In this document: in pieces, positions 9,640-18,884 of the stretch
Layout of the letters: each line of letters starts with the position of its first letter
Numbering within the stretch: the stretch's first letter is position 1
DNA from: Thermoanaerobaculia bacterium
GTDB lineage: Bacteria > Acidobacteriota > Thermoanaerobaculia > Multivoradales > Multivoraceae
NCBI GenBank assembly: GCA_963664405.1
Contig: OY761158.1
Coordinates: 288,001 to 352,000, forward strand
Direction of reading: 5' to 3'
DNA length: 64,000 nucleotides
Position numbers and translations under genes: made by a program
Notes under the pieces: model-generated
Database searches by the model: none
What the model was told of the DNA's origin: nothing
The model's input: only the letters and a program-made list of their open reading frames with translations

Positions 9640-10413
9640 CTAGCCGAGCGGTCCTGCACTCAGCTCACCGCCGTCCAGAACGTAGGTGGTAGCGGTCGTG
9701 AACCTTCCTGCCTGAGTCGCCAGGGTCAACACCAGGGCCGCGATATCCTCCGGCTCCGCAATGCGGCCCATCGGGTTGATGGCGATGTTGTTTTTCTCCA
9801 CCCACTCGATCAGGCCCGCAGCCAGTTCAGTCCGGACCAGACCGGGAGCGATGGCAGCCGTGCGGATGCCGTCCTTCGCCCACTCCTTGCCGATCATCTG
9901 GCTGAAGTTGATCAACGCCGCCTTGGAGGGCGGGTAGATGCCCAGTCCTGGCGACGCCCGGACGCCCTCGTTCGACGCGATGTTGATGATCATGCCGCCG
10001 CCGCGCTCTTTCATCGTTGTCCGGCACAGCTGCGACAGTCGGATCGGTCCCCACACGTTGATGGCCATCACCCGCTGGAAGTCGTCCTCCTTCAGCTCGG
10101 CGATCGGGGTGCCGCCGCCGCCGGCGGCTGCGTTGTTGACCAGGATGTCAATGCCACCGAGCTCGGCGATCACCTGCTCGTAGAGGTCGTTGACGGCTTC
10201 GGTACTACCGACATCGGCCTGAATCGCTACTGCGCGGCGGCCAAGCTTGCGCAGCTCGCCACCGGTAGCCTCGAGTGCCTCGAGACCTCGAGCAGCGATC
10301 GCGACATCGGCTCCGTTCTCGGCAAACGCCAGGGCGATGGCACGACCGATGCCCTTGGAGCCACCGGTGACCAGCGCTACCTGGCCGTCCATGGAAAAAT
10401 CGACGATTGGCAT
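9640..10413 (-). CDS. SDR family oxidoreductase
   Basis: VTGGSKGIG, DILVNNA, YPPSK catalytic motif, APGLVRT. Confidence 0.92.
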   Translation of the reverse strand: MPIVDFSMDGQVALVTGGSKGIGRAIALAFAENGADVAIAARGLEALEATGGELRKLGRRAVAIQADVGSTEAVNDLYEQVIAELGGIDILVNNAAAGGGGTPIAELKEDDFQRVMAINVWGPIRLSQLCRTTMKERGGGMIINIASNEGVRASPGLGIYPPSKAALINFSQMIGKEWAKDGIRTAAIAPGLVRTELAAGLIEWVEKNNIAINPMGRIAEPEDIAALVLTLATQAGRFTTATTYVLDGGELSAGPLG

Positions 10414-10460
10414 GATGACCTCCGTTCCTGATTTGGTGGGTGGTTGAGCTGGGGCGACTG

Positions 10461-12170
10461 TCAGTTCGGGCCCGGGGTGCCCGCTTCGACCGGCTTGGCG
10501 TCGACGTACTCGAAGTAGGTCAGGCGCCACTCGCCGTCGCGCTCGTCGACCAGCAGGTCGAGTCCGAAATTCAGGGTGCCTCTGATCCATCGCACACCGG
10601 TGACGCTGGCGGTCGCACCCTGCCATTCGATCTTCATCGACTCGGTCTCGGCCGTGGTGCCGGCAGTGGGGCCGAGGTATTCGCGCCAGACCTCCCTCGA
10701 CGCGCCGGTGTCCGATCTGAAATCTTCGGCGACATAGGTCATCATGAGATCGAGATCCCCGGCCGTTATCGCCACCATCATCTGGCGGATCATGACAGCT
10801 ACCGCCTCGGTATCGTCCGAGCCGCGAGCCCTCCCCCCTCGCTGCGCCCCGTCGGCGGTGCGCGTGGCGGAGCTGTCGGTCGCTTTCGTGGACCGCACCG
10901 CGAGGTCGAAGCTTGCAAGATGCCCCTCGTCCTTCACGTATACCCGTGATCCGGAGAGTGCCACGTGGGCCCATGTGGCAGAGCTCGCCACCTCCCAAGA
11001 GGCCAGCTCCCGATAGCCCTCCGGGTCCGCCGCGATCACTTTGAGCTCGGCGGTGTCGGTCAGCGCGAGCAGGCGATCGCCGACGGCGATGACCGACGAG
11101 TACGCCGCCCACCGCCCCGGGCTCTGCCAGACAATCTTGCCGGTCATGGGATCGAGACAGACGAAGGTGCCGGCCCTCTTGTAGGAGCGGAAGTACAGAT
11201 AGTCGCCGACGCGCACCGGCGAATCCATGTAGAGCTCGACCTGCGTCGTCTTCCACACCTCGGTCACCTTCCAATCGCCGTCCCCTTTCGGGGGCTCGAC
11301 CTTGAGCGCCGCGGTCCCCCACTGGTAGCCCGAGAGGATGAACATGCCCTTGTAGAGGATGGTGGTGGGAGTGTTCTGGGAGAAGGCGGTTGCAATCTCC
11401 TTCGACCACAGCAGCTCACCGTCACTCGCCCGGACAGCGAAGAAGGCCACATTGCTCATCGTTACGATCTGGCGAACCCCTCCGTGAGTGAACGCCATCG
11501 GGGAGGCGTAAGCGGGCGGTCCGTCTGACCGCCAGACCTCCCTTCCGGTCGCCTTGTCGAAAGCAATCAGGGCTCCGTGATCGTCCTCATGCGCTGAGCC
11601 GGTGACGCCGACCGGGACGATGATCAGATTTCCCTCCACCAGAGGCGACGCCGCCGTTCCCCATATCGGGTAGGGCGGGTTGTAGACATCCTCGAAGGTC
11701 TTCTCCCAGCGCACCGCGCCGGACTTGGCATCCAAAGCCAGGAGGCGCTCGCGGATGCCGAAACTGTAAACCGAATCGCCTTCGGCCAGCATGGTCGACT
11801 TGGGGCCAGGGCCGTACTGGATGGCCGCGGTCGCCGGTACGTACGGAACCGTGTACGAATGCCGCCACAGCTCCTTGCCGGTGGACTTCGAAAGGGCGAG
11901 GACGACTTCTTCCTCACCCTGTCGCGCGTGGATGAAGACGCGGTCGCCGACGATGATCGGAGCGGACTGCCCAACGCCGACGTGCACCTTCCACAGACCG
12001 TGGAGGGCGGCGGGAAGCTCCGCCGGCAGCTCGCTTTCGGCAGCCACTCCGTCGCGCTGCGGCCCTCGCCACTGCGGCCAATCGGCTGCCCATGCAACCG
12101 GGCCCGAAGTGGTCAGGACGAGGGTCAGGAGCGTCAGCAGCAACACGAGGATCCATCGTCTGCCTTTCAC
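10461..12170 (-). CDS. Secreted PQQ/BamB-like beta-propeller with C-terminal NTF2-like domain
   Basis: Signal peptide, ADWPQWRGP, repeated TGKELW/SGAVRW/TGREVW blades; C-terminal GDLDLMMTYVAEDF domain; paralog at 30706-32421. Confidence 0.85.
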   Translation of the reverse strand: MKGRRWILVLLLTLLTLVLTTSGPVAWAADWPQWRGPQRDGVAAESELPAELPAALHGLWKVHVGVGQSAPIIVGDRVFIHARQGEEEVVLALSKSTGKELWRHSYTVPYVPATAAIQYGPGPKSTMLAEGDSVYSFGIRERLLALDAKSGAVRWEKTFEDVYNPPYPIWGTAASPLVEGNLIIVPVGVTGSAHEDDHGALIAFDKATGREVWRSDGPPAYASPMAFTHGGVRQIVTMSNVAFFAVRASDGELLWSKEIATAFSQNTPTTILYKGMFILSGYQWGTAALKVEPPKGDGDWKVTEVWKTTQVELYMDSPVRVGDYLYFRSYKRAGTFVCLDPMTGKIVWQSPGRWAAYSSVIAVGDRLLALTDTAELKVIAADPEGYRELASWEVASSATWAHVALSGSRVYVKDEGHLASFDLAVRSTKATDSSATRTADGAQRGGRARGSDDTEAVAVMIRQMMVAITAGDLDLMMTYVAEDFRSDTGASREVWREYLGPTAGTTAETESMKIEWQGATASVTGVRWIRGTLNFGLDLLVDERDGEWRLTYFEYVDAKPVEAGTPGPN

Positions 12171-13249
12171 TGTCTAGCCTCCCTCGATTCTCGACCTGTT
12201 GAGGTCACGCTGTGCGCCGGAAACCACGTCACTTCGTTGCGAAACTTGCTCGGTGGCTGCCCGGTCCAACGCTTGAAGGCATGCCGGAAGTTGGCCGCGT
12301 CGCTGTAGCCTAGTCGTTCGGCGATCGCCTCTACGGTCAGCTCCGATTGCGACAAGTAGCGCAGGGCGAGATCCCGGCGTACCTCAGCCACGACCTCACG
12401 GTAGGACGTACCCGCCGCGGCGAGTCGCCGCCGCACCGAGCGTCGAGAAAGGTGGAGATGATGGGCGACGTCGCTCAGCGATGCGCTCGCATCGGCATGC
12501 TCGACGTAGCTTCGCACCCGAGCGATCGGATCGGATGAGGTACGAAGCTCTTCGATCGCCGCCGCACAGAGATCGAGGCAGTGGGAATGGGTGGCGGCGT
12601 CGCGCAGGGGCAGAGCCCTGTGAAAGAGGTCGGCGCTGACGAGCAACTGCGCAGTGCGACCCGAGGGGTCGAGGGCACGGATGAGGCCGGGCCTTTGCAA
12701 GCGTGAGGCCCTCTCCAGGCGTGAGGCTCTCTCGGAATCGCAATCGCGATCGAGGTCGCAACTCCGAGGGCTAGATCCGAGGAGATCGTGCAGGATGCGT
12801 GTCAGCTTCGCAAACTCCAGGGCGAGGAAGAAATCTCGATCGTCGGTGGCGAAGGCGAAGGTGTCCTCGAAAGAGACTGCCGTGCCCTGGCCGGTGGAGC
12901 GGAGGCGAATCGAGAACTTCAGGTTGAAGAGCGGCGCCAGGCTCCCGGCAAAGAGGTCGAGGGCGTCGCTAAGACGCTCGCAGGTGAGAAGCGCGTAGCC
13001 CGCCAGGCCGAACGAGGACAGGCGTAGCTGCGAGCCGGTGGTAACCGCCAGATCGTGTGCTGGAGCGATCTCGCTGGCAGCGCGCGCGATGGCGACCTGC
13101 TCGCGCATCGAGATCTTTCGATGTCGATCTCCCGGCTCGATCCCTCGCCCTCGCAGTAGACGCTCGACGACGGAGGAAGGCGCCCCTAGGCGCACCGCGG
13201 CCGCGGCGAGGATGCAAACCTCAGAGGTGGAGTAGACGGGCTCGTCCAT
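12167..13249 (-). CDS. AraC family transcriptional regulator
   Basis: C-terminal SLSDVAHHLHLSRRSVRRRL...IAERLGYSDAANFRHAFKRWTG; start uncertain. Confidence 0.9.
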   Translation of the reverse strand: MDEPVYSTSEVCILAAAAVRLGAPSSVVERLLRGRGIEPGDRHRKISMREQVAIARAASEIAPAHDLAVTTGSQLRLSSFGLAGYALLTCERLSDALDLFAGSLAPLFNLKFSIRLRSTGQGTAVSFEDTFAFATDDRDFFLALEFAKLTRILHDLLGSSPRSCDLDRDCDSERASRLERASRLQRPGLIRALDPSGRTAQLLVSADLFHRALPLRDAATHSHCLDLCAAAIEELRTSSDPIARVRSYVEHADASASLSDVAHHLHLSRRSVRRRLAAAGTSYREVVAEVRRDLALRYLSQSELTVEAIAERLGYSDAANFRHAFKRWTGQPPSKFRNEVTWFPAHSVTSTGRESREARQ

Positions 13250-13297
13250 GCTCGGCGGCAGCCAGGGCTCGTGGCGCGTGCCGCGGCCGGCAGTCAC

Positions 13298-13466
13298 ACT
13301 AGTACATGCGGCCATAAGTACGGGTACGTTTCGAGGGACGATGCGCCTCGCCAGCAAGGCGCGTGACAGAGGCGTACCTGGCAGTACGCCGCAGGGAGCG
13401 CAACGCTGCTGGAGAGGATGCAGCGTCGCTCAAAACGTGTCCGTATTTGTGGCCGCGTGTACTAGT
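13298..13466 (+). mobile_element. MITE-like rod-shaped inverted-repeat element E1 (CTAG at both ends)
   Basis: ACTAGTACATGCGGCCATAAGTACGGGTACGTTTCGAG pairs with CTCAAAACGTGTCCGTATTTGTGGCCGCGTGTACTAGT; pairing extends to ~60 nt around core AAGGCGC..GACAGAGGCGTAC-loop-GTACGCC..GCGCAACGC. Confidence 0.75.
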
Positions 13467-13558
13467 CACCATGGACACACGAGTCGGCTCCCCACTTGCG
13501 AACACAGATGGCCGAGCGGATCCGGTCCCCGACGTCCGTTGGGGGACCGGCGGCACAG

Positions 13559-14077
13559 TCAGGCGGGCAGCTCCCCAACGAGCTCAAACCACACCTGGAC
13601 CTTGCCTTCGCTGACCAGGAACATCGCGCTGATGTTCCCTCCCGCAGGGCCTTGGGCGGTGGTGAAGGTCTCCTCACGATAGTGAAGGACCAAGTGGCCC
13701 AGCGCTTCTTCGCGCGTGATCTTGAATTCGGGATCTTTCAGGCCGGACATCACGTCCTTCATCCGGTCGACGATCGCCGCCCGGCCCTTTATCTCTGCCC
13801 GTGCCCAATCTCCGCTGGCAGAGTGGCTCATGAACCGGGCGTCCTCGGCGAGGAGGCTCGAGAAGCGATCCCAGTCACTGGCCTCCAGCGCCTTAGCGTA
13901 GTCGTGCGCGGTCTTGACATGCGCCTGCTCGTCGGCCGTTAATGCGGCGCCCGCCGAGCGCGGCAAGAAGGCCGCCGCAGCGAGTCCCATCGAGGTCGAT
14001 GCCAGTACAGTACGACGATCAACGCCGCGTCGCTTCTCGGGTATCGAAGTCATGCGCTTCCCTTTCTTCTCGGTCAT
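13559..14077 (-). CDS. Tat-signal NTF2/SnoaL-like protein
   Basis: DRRTVLASTSMGLAAAAFLPRSAGA leader; paralog of 615-1121 (shared C-terminus WFEL.GELPA). Confidence 0.7.
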   Translation of the reverse strand: MTEKKGKRMTSIPEKRRGVDRRTVLASTSMGLAAAAFLPRSAGAALTADEQAHVKTAHDYAKALEASDWDRFSSLLAEDARFMSHSASGDWARAEIKGRAAIVDRMKDVMSGLKDPEFKITREEALGHLVLHYREETFTTAQGPAGGNISAMFLVSEGKVQVWFELVGELPA

Positions 14078-14108
14078 ACGGTCCCCTTCTCGCTCATTTC
14101 AGGGATAT

Positions 14109-16925
14109 CTAGAGCCCCAAACTCAATCGCAGCCCCATCCGCCGTGGCAGGTAGTACAAGGAGGGTACGGGCTCCCTGGGGTAGCGCCCATAGCTTGCGT
14201 TCGCGAAGTAGTAATACCCCTCCTCGTTCAGGAGGTTCATAACCTGCAGGTCGACACCGAACCTGACGCGATCGCCGAGCTGGAACTGCCGCGACAGACC
14301 GAGGTCGATGAAGGTCTTGGACGGCATGCGGCGGTCGCCGGTGAACGGCTCGAGGGGCACTACCGTTACGCCCTGGTTCAGGCGTACGCGCGCCATCTGC
14401 CGCCACGGGCGGCCGTCCTCATAGTTGACAACGCCGACCCCCTGGATCTTCCAGGGCAGGTCGACCAATCCCTGAGCCCGAAACACCCACGGCCGGTCGC
14501 CCTGTAGGAAACCTCCCTGGTAGAGATGATGATTCGGATCGCGGCCCTCTGAGCCGGTGTAGAAGGCCTGGCCCTGGTTCTGGTTGAGCGGACGTTGGCT
14601 GACTCCCTTCGCCTCCGACCAGCCCAGCGACGCGTTGAGTGACCAGCGGCCGGTGTGGCGCTTGTTGAAGGTGAGAAAAACGCCCTTGTAGTCCTGCTCG
14701 AACTTCGCTAATGGAACGTTGGGGTCTGCGCTAGGGTCGTTGGCCTTGCGCAGGATGGGCTGGTCGATGATGTTCCTGAGCGTGATCGTCTCGCCCGTCA
14801 AGGGGTTGAGGTAAGGAACGTCCTCGAAGACGCCGCCGCCCTGTAGCTGCCAGCCGATGAGGTCGGTCGTTTCGGTGATGACGACCTGAGCGCCGACGGT
14901 GTAGTTCCCCAGCTGCTGCTCGTAGCCGACGGCGAACTCGTCGGTCTGCGGCCGCTCCATGCCCTCGACCGGTAGAGCGAAGTCCTCGTTGCCGACCGTG
15001 CGGAAGTAGGTGAAGGGGCCGTAGCGGTTGGGGCTGTAGCCGAAGTACGCAGACGGCCGGGTGGGGGCCGGCTGGTTCCACATCGAAACGACGTTCATCT
15101 CGTGGTATCGGCCGAGGGACGCCCGCAGCACGCCTTGCCGGCGGCCCTCGCCGACCTGGTATGCGATGCCGATACGCGGATCGACGCTGTCATAGTCGAT
15201 GACGTCGGGGACGCCGTCGCTGAACTCGCCGGTGGTCACGCCGCAGTTGAGCTGATCACAGAGGTAGGACTCGAGGATCGGTTGGGGGGGAAGCTCGCCC
15301 ACGTCGTTGTCGGCTCGCACGCCGATATTCAGCGTCAGCCTGTCGGTTATACGCCACGAATCGTCGACGTAGAGCCCGATAGCCTCTGAGTCGCCGCCGT
15401 AGTAGTGCGCGGCGCGGGAGTAGATGTAGTAGTTGGCTCCGAACTTGTAGTAGTACTTGCCGGTGAAACCGGGATAGACCGCTCCGGCCTGCTCGCCGGT
15501 CTTGCTGTACTGCACACCGAACTTGAACTCGTGGCTGCCGGCGAGGTCGTCGGCGAAGTGGGTCACCTTGGCGTGGCCGCGATTCCACCACACGGGGTAG
15601 AGGTAGGGATAGGTGGGGCCGCCGCTATGAGTCGGAATAGGCGTGTTGTAGTTGATGAGGGGCGGCTCCAAGCTGCCGGTCGCCGAGACGTTGCGGTCCT
15701 CGTTCTTAGTGTCGGAGTAGTAGGCCTCGATGATGGTGTTGGCGCCAAGCACCGACTGGTAGCCGAGACGCCAGTAGGGGACCTCCTCGTACTCGCGGCT
15801 GTAAGCACCCGGGTTGGTCTTGAAGGTTCCAGAGCCGCCGCTGGCGATCTCCAGGTCCTCGTGACGGCCGTGAGCCGTCAGCGTATTCGACGGATTGATC
15901 GACCAGTCGAGCTTGAGGCTGTAGTGCTGGGCTTCGTCGTTGCGGACGAATTCCGCGATCTCTCCCGGCTCGATCAGCAGGTCTTCCTTTTGCGTGAGCG
16001 AGGCGAAGAAGAACAGCTTGTCCTTCTGCAAAGGACCGCCCGCCCACAGGCTGTAGTTCTCGAAGGTGTCTCTCTGGAAGCCCTGCAGGTTTCCCCGGGC
16101 GTCCTCGACTGCGGTCCCCGTGGCGGTGGTGTCGTCGAACTCGCCGCTGTAGGAAAAGCGGCCGTGGAAGATGTTGGTTCCGGACTTGGTGACGACGTTG
16201 ACCGCGGCGCCGGTCATGTTGCCGTACTCCGCCGGGGCGCCGACGCCGAGCACCTGGACTTCGGCGATGGTGTCGGGGTCGGTCCAGCCACCGAAGATGT
16301 TGCCGTTGTCCGGGAAGCTGCCGTCGAGTCCATCGACGTTCCAGGCCACCGAGGCTTGATCACGACCGTAGGCCGAGGGGTGCCCCGCATAGGCTCCGAC
16401 ATTGCCGAGGCGACCGGTCATGTTCATGCCGGGCGCCATCAGGGCGAGCTCCTGGAAGTTCCCCGTGGTCGACGGCTTCGCATCGAGCAGCTCTTCTGCG
16501 AAGCTGACGCTGGCCGAAGAGCTAGTCACATCGAGGATCGCTGCCTCCGAGGTCACCGTGATCGCCTCTTCGACGGCTTCGGGACGCATCGTCAGGTTCA
16601 CGCTGGCCACACCGGAGATGGAGACGCGGACCCCTTCGACGGTCTCGGTCTCCAGCCCTTGGAGACTCGCGGTCACAGTCACCCGTCCCGGAGGGAGGCT
16701 GGGGATCAACCACTCGCCGGTGGCTCCGGTCGTCGAGATACGCTCACCGCGTACGACGTCGCCCGTTACCTGGACCCGCACGCCGGGGAGCGGCTCCCCA
16801 TCTGCCGAAGTGACGGTTCCACGCACAGTGCCGACGTTTTGGGCGTAGACGGCCGCAGCAGGTACCAGCGCAACTGCGAGAAGAACGAGAGGTACTGCCG
16901 GCGAGACAAAGGAACGTAGCCGCAT
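14109..16925 (-). CDS. TonB-dependent receptor with N-terminal carboxypeptidase-regulatory-like domain
   Basis: Signal peptide, GTVRGTVTSADGEPLPGV, plug motif APAEYGNMTGAAVNVVTKSGTN, YVDDSWRITDRLTLNIGVR; GGAGG RBS before ATG 16925. Confidence 0.92.
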   Translation of the reverse strand: MRLRSFVSPAVPLVLLAVALVPAAAVYAQNVGTVRGTVTSADGEPLPGVRVQVTGDVVRGERISTTGATGEWLIPSLPPGRVTVTASLQGLETETVEGVRVSISGVASVNLTMRPEAVEEAITVTSEAAILDVTSSSASVSFAEELLDAKPSTTGNFQELALMAPGMNMTGRLGNVGAYAGHPSAYGRDQASVAWNVDGLDGSFPDNGNIFGGWTDPDTIAEVQVLGVGAPAEYGNMTGAAVNVVTKSGTNIFHGRFSYSGEFDDTTATGTAVEDARGNLQGFQRDTFENYSLWAGGPLQKDKLFFFASLTQKEDLLIEPGEIAEFVRNDEAQHYSLKLDWSINPSNTLTAHGRHEDLEIASGGSGTFKTNPGAYSREYEEVPYWRLGYQSVLGANTIIEAYYSDTKNEDRNVSATGSLEPPLINYNTPIPTHSGGPTYPYLYPVWWNRGHAKVTHFADDLAGSHEFKFGVQYSKTGEQAGAVYPGFTGKYYYKFGANYYIYSRAAHYYGGDSEAIGLYVDDSWRITDRLTLNIGVRADNDVGELPPQPILESYLCDQLNCGVTTGEFSDGVPDVIDYDSVDPRIGIAYQVGEGRRQGVLRASLGRYHEMNVVSMWNQPAPTRPSAYFGYSPNRYGPFTYFRTVGNEDFALPVEGMERPQTDEFAVGYEQQLGNYTVGAQVVITETTDLIGWQLQGGGVFEDVPYLNPLTGETITLRNIIDQPILRKANDPSADPNVPLAKFEQDYKGVFLTFNKRHTGRWSLNASLGWSEAKGVSQRPLNQNQGQAFYTGSEGRDPNHHLYQGGFLQGDRPWVFRAQGLVDLPWKIQGVGVVNYEDGRPWRQMARVRLNQGVTVVPLEPFTGDRRMPSKTFIDLGLSRQFQLGDRVRFGVDLQVMNLLNEEGYYYFANASYGRYPREPVPSLYYLPRRMGLRLSLGL

Positions 16926-16961
16926 CAGCCAATCCTCCGGGAAAGCCCGCCATGTCATTTT

Positions 16962-17003
16962 TAGGTCGACGACCCATTGTTGCATAGTCGAGGACCATGT
17001 CAA
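16962..17003 (-). promoter_or_regulatory. TBDR promoter with two operator-like palindromes
   Basis: Perfect -35 TTGACA (17003-16998); two related imperfect palindromes TGGTCCTCGACTA and GGGTCGTCGACCTA in and just after the spacer; TetR gene adjacent. Confidence 0.5.
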
Positions 17004-17130
17004 GCCCCAGAAATGCGACTTTGCTCCGCGACGCCACGAAGTGGCGCCATGAAGTGGGTCTACGTTGCCGAGCAGAGCATCGCAGTCTCTCTGTCGAGAC
17101 GCGACAGGCGTCACGCCGGATGCAACAGAC

Positions 17131-17814
17131 TCAGCGCTCTGCGATCCACAAGACGGAGGCTACGACTTCGTCCTCATAGGACGGGTGTCTCAGCCCGCGT
17201 ATGCTCTCGAGAGTCTCGGCTGGCATCATCGAAGTACCGTCGATCATCGCCGTGACGAGGACGGCCTTGAGCCGCAGTTGGCTCGCGGTCGCTCCCGGCT
17301 CGAGCTCTCTCAGAATCGGAGTCAACAGCTCGTAGTTGCGCTCCCAGAGCTCGTGCCGGAGAGCCCGGAACCGTGGACTCTGCTGCGCAGAGTCGGCGAG
17401 AGCCCTCCAGATTGGGACGTGGGTCGTCCCAGCGGGGCCATCCTCCCACCGTGCGATGAAGGCGCGGGTGATGGCAGCCAACCGGTCCCTGGGCTTCTCT
17501 TCGCGCGCGCAGAGCAAATCGATCAGCTCGCAGTCGGAATCGGACTCGGCACGAAACAGCGCCGCGAGCAGATCTTCTCGGGTCGGGAAGTAGTATTGGA
17601 GGTTCCCTAACGAGATCTCGAGGTCTTTGGCCACACTGCGCAAGAGACCGGAGCCGTTTTCGGAGTCGCCCAGTTGAGCGCGGGCCGCGTCGAGGATCTC
17701 CTCACGTCGACGAAGGCCCTTCGCCCCGTGGCGATTCCGTCCCTTCTGAGCTCCTGGACTCTGCTCTCCAGATCTCTTCTCGTCGACCTGTGAGCCTTCG
17801 TCAGAAGTTGGCAT
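17131..17814 (-). CDS. TetR family transcriptional regulator
   Basis: RREEILDAA...LRSVAKDLEISLGNLQYYFPTREDLL helix-turn-helix. Confidence 0.9.
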   Translation of the reverse strand: MPTSDEGSQVDEKRSGEQSPGAQKGRNRHGAKGLRRREEILDAARAQLGDSENGSGLLRSVAKDLEISLGNLQYYFPTREDLLAALFRAESDSDCELIDLLCAREEKPRDRLAAITRAFIARWEDGPAGTTHVPIWRALADSAQQSPRFRALRHELWERNYELLTPILRELEPGATASQLRLKAVLVTAMIDGTSMMPAETLESIRGLRHPSYEDEVVASVLWIAER

Positions 17815-17914
17815 GAGCGGCCCGACCGTCGCACGCCGGGCCCTTGGCGCGCCGGGTCGACGGCAGACCAGCCTAACGAGAACTACTCGCCTGTCCGATT
17901 ACTCGGACACCCTC

Positions 17915-18328
17915 CTAGGGCGCCGGAATCAGCTTAGCGGCAACTGCCACGACCGCCTCCGCCTCCACCGACGCCTTCTCCGCGTCGGTGGCGCTGTATC
18001 GCTCAGTCGGTATGAAGTCGACGTCGCCGTAGAACGAGAACTCTCGCTCCTTTCGCAGCCAGGCCGAGGTAAGCGCCAGAGAGTCGAGCGAGGAGCGCAC
18101 CGGCTCCGGGAAGCGATCGGAGAACTCGAGCAGCAGGGGCCCGACGTCGTGCCACTTGGGTGGGTCGATGCCCACCTGTCGCAGCATCCCCTTCAGAGCC
18201 AACTCCACGATCTCCTGCGCCTCGCGCATGACGTCGGAGAACGCGTCCTCTTCCGTCAGCACGGGCAGGATCTTGAGCCGCTTCGTCGCTTTGACGAGAT
18301 AGCTCTGCGCCAGCGTCGAGTTGGTCAT
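17915..18328 (-). CDS. HEPN domain protein (putative toxin)
   Basis: AQEIVELALKG, PPKWHDV, REFSFYGD; ATGA-coupled to the upstream MNT gene. Confidence 0.85.
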   Translation of the reverse strand: MTNSTLAQSYLVKATKRLKILPVLTEEDAFSDVMREAQEIVELALKGMLRQVGIDPPKWHDVGPLLLEFSDRFPEPVRSSLDSLALTSAWLRKEREFSFYGDVDFIPTERYSATDAEKASVEAEAVVAVAAKLIPAP

Positions 18329-18828
18329 AGCTCGAAGATGTCTCCCGGTCGGTAGTCGGGTTTCAAGTCCCAGTACCAGCCGCCGGCTCGACGGACCCGC
18401 CGGGCTCCGAGCGTGGCAAGTCGCTCCGCGAGTCGGGCCAGCTCGTCAGCGAAGAAGCCGTCCCGATCGATCAGGAGGCGAGAGTCCTCAACCATGTCGA
18501 GGAAGAGCGGGCTACCGATGCGCACTTCGTCGGGGGTCTTGAAAATGGGTGAGAGGTAGGTCTCGAGGCCCGAGTCACGAGCCGCGCTCATCACGGGCCG
18601 CAGTCTGCGCTCCACCTCCGCGAACTCCTCGACTCGGGGCATCCTTCCCTCCGGAAGCCGGTTCGCGACCACGAGTAGGTCGACGTCGGAGTCGGGGCGC
18701 GCGCTGCCCCGCCCCACCGAGCCGAAAACAACGAGAGACACCAGCCGATCCCCGTACACCTCGAGGCAGGCCGCCTCCAACTCGCCCAGAAGGCCGTCTA
18801 TCAGAGCCCTATGTCCGTACCGAGCCAT
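18325..18828 (-). CDS. Minimal nucleotidyltransferase (MNT) antitoxin
   Basis: GSX10DXD motif FGSVGRGSARPDSDVD. Confidence 0.88.
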   Translation of the reverse strand: MARYGHRALIDGLLGELEAACLEVYGDRLVSLVVFGSVGRGSARPDSDVDLLVVANRLPEGRMPRVEEFAEVERRLRPVMSAARDSGLETYLSPIFKTPDEVRIGSPLFLDMVEDSRLLIDRDGFFADELARLAERLATLGARRVRRAGGWYWDLKPDYRPGDIFEL

Positions 18829-18884
18829 CGGCTCATTATGCCAGACGGATCCCCCTCAGGGGACAATGCGTACGGCAGGGCAGC

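Noticed and set aside
9640-11409. 589-aa ORF as a single protein
   Set aside because: Only the last 257 aa are SDR; the upstream part is an off-frame overlap of the propeller gene.
12701-12736. 18-bp tandem duplication in araC (ERASRL twice)
   Set aside because: Real but in-frame and only two copies; no sign of a functional repeat.
13298-13466. 6S RNA, SRP RNA or tRNA-like gene
   Set aside because: Lacks the SRP helix-8 motif and tRNA T-loop; CTAG-bounded ends and shared core with other repeats fit a repeat family better.
17032-17057. 13-bp tandem repeat CGCCA(C/T)GAAGTGG
   Set aside because: Two copies only; cannot be told apart from a local duplication.
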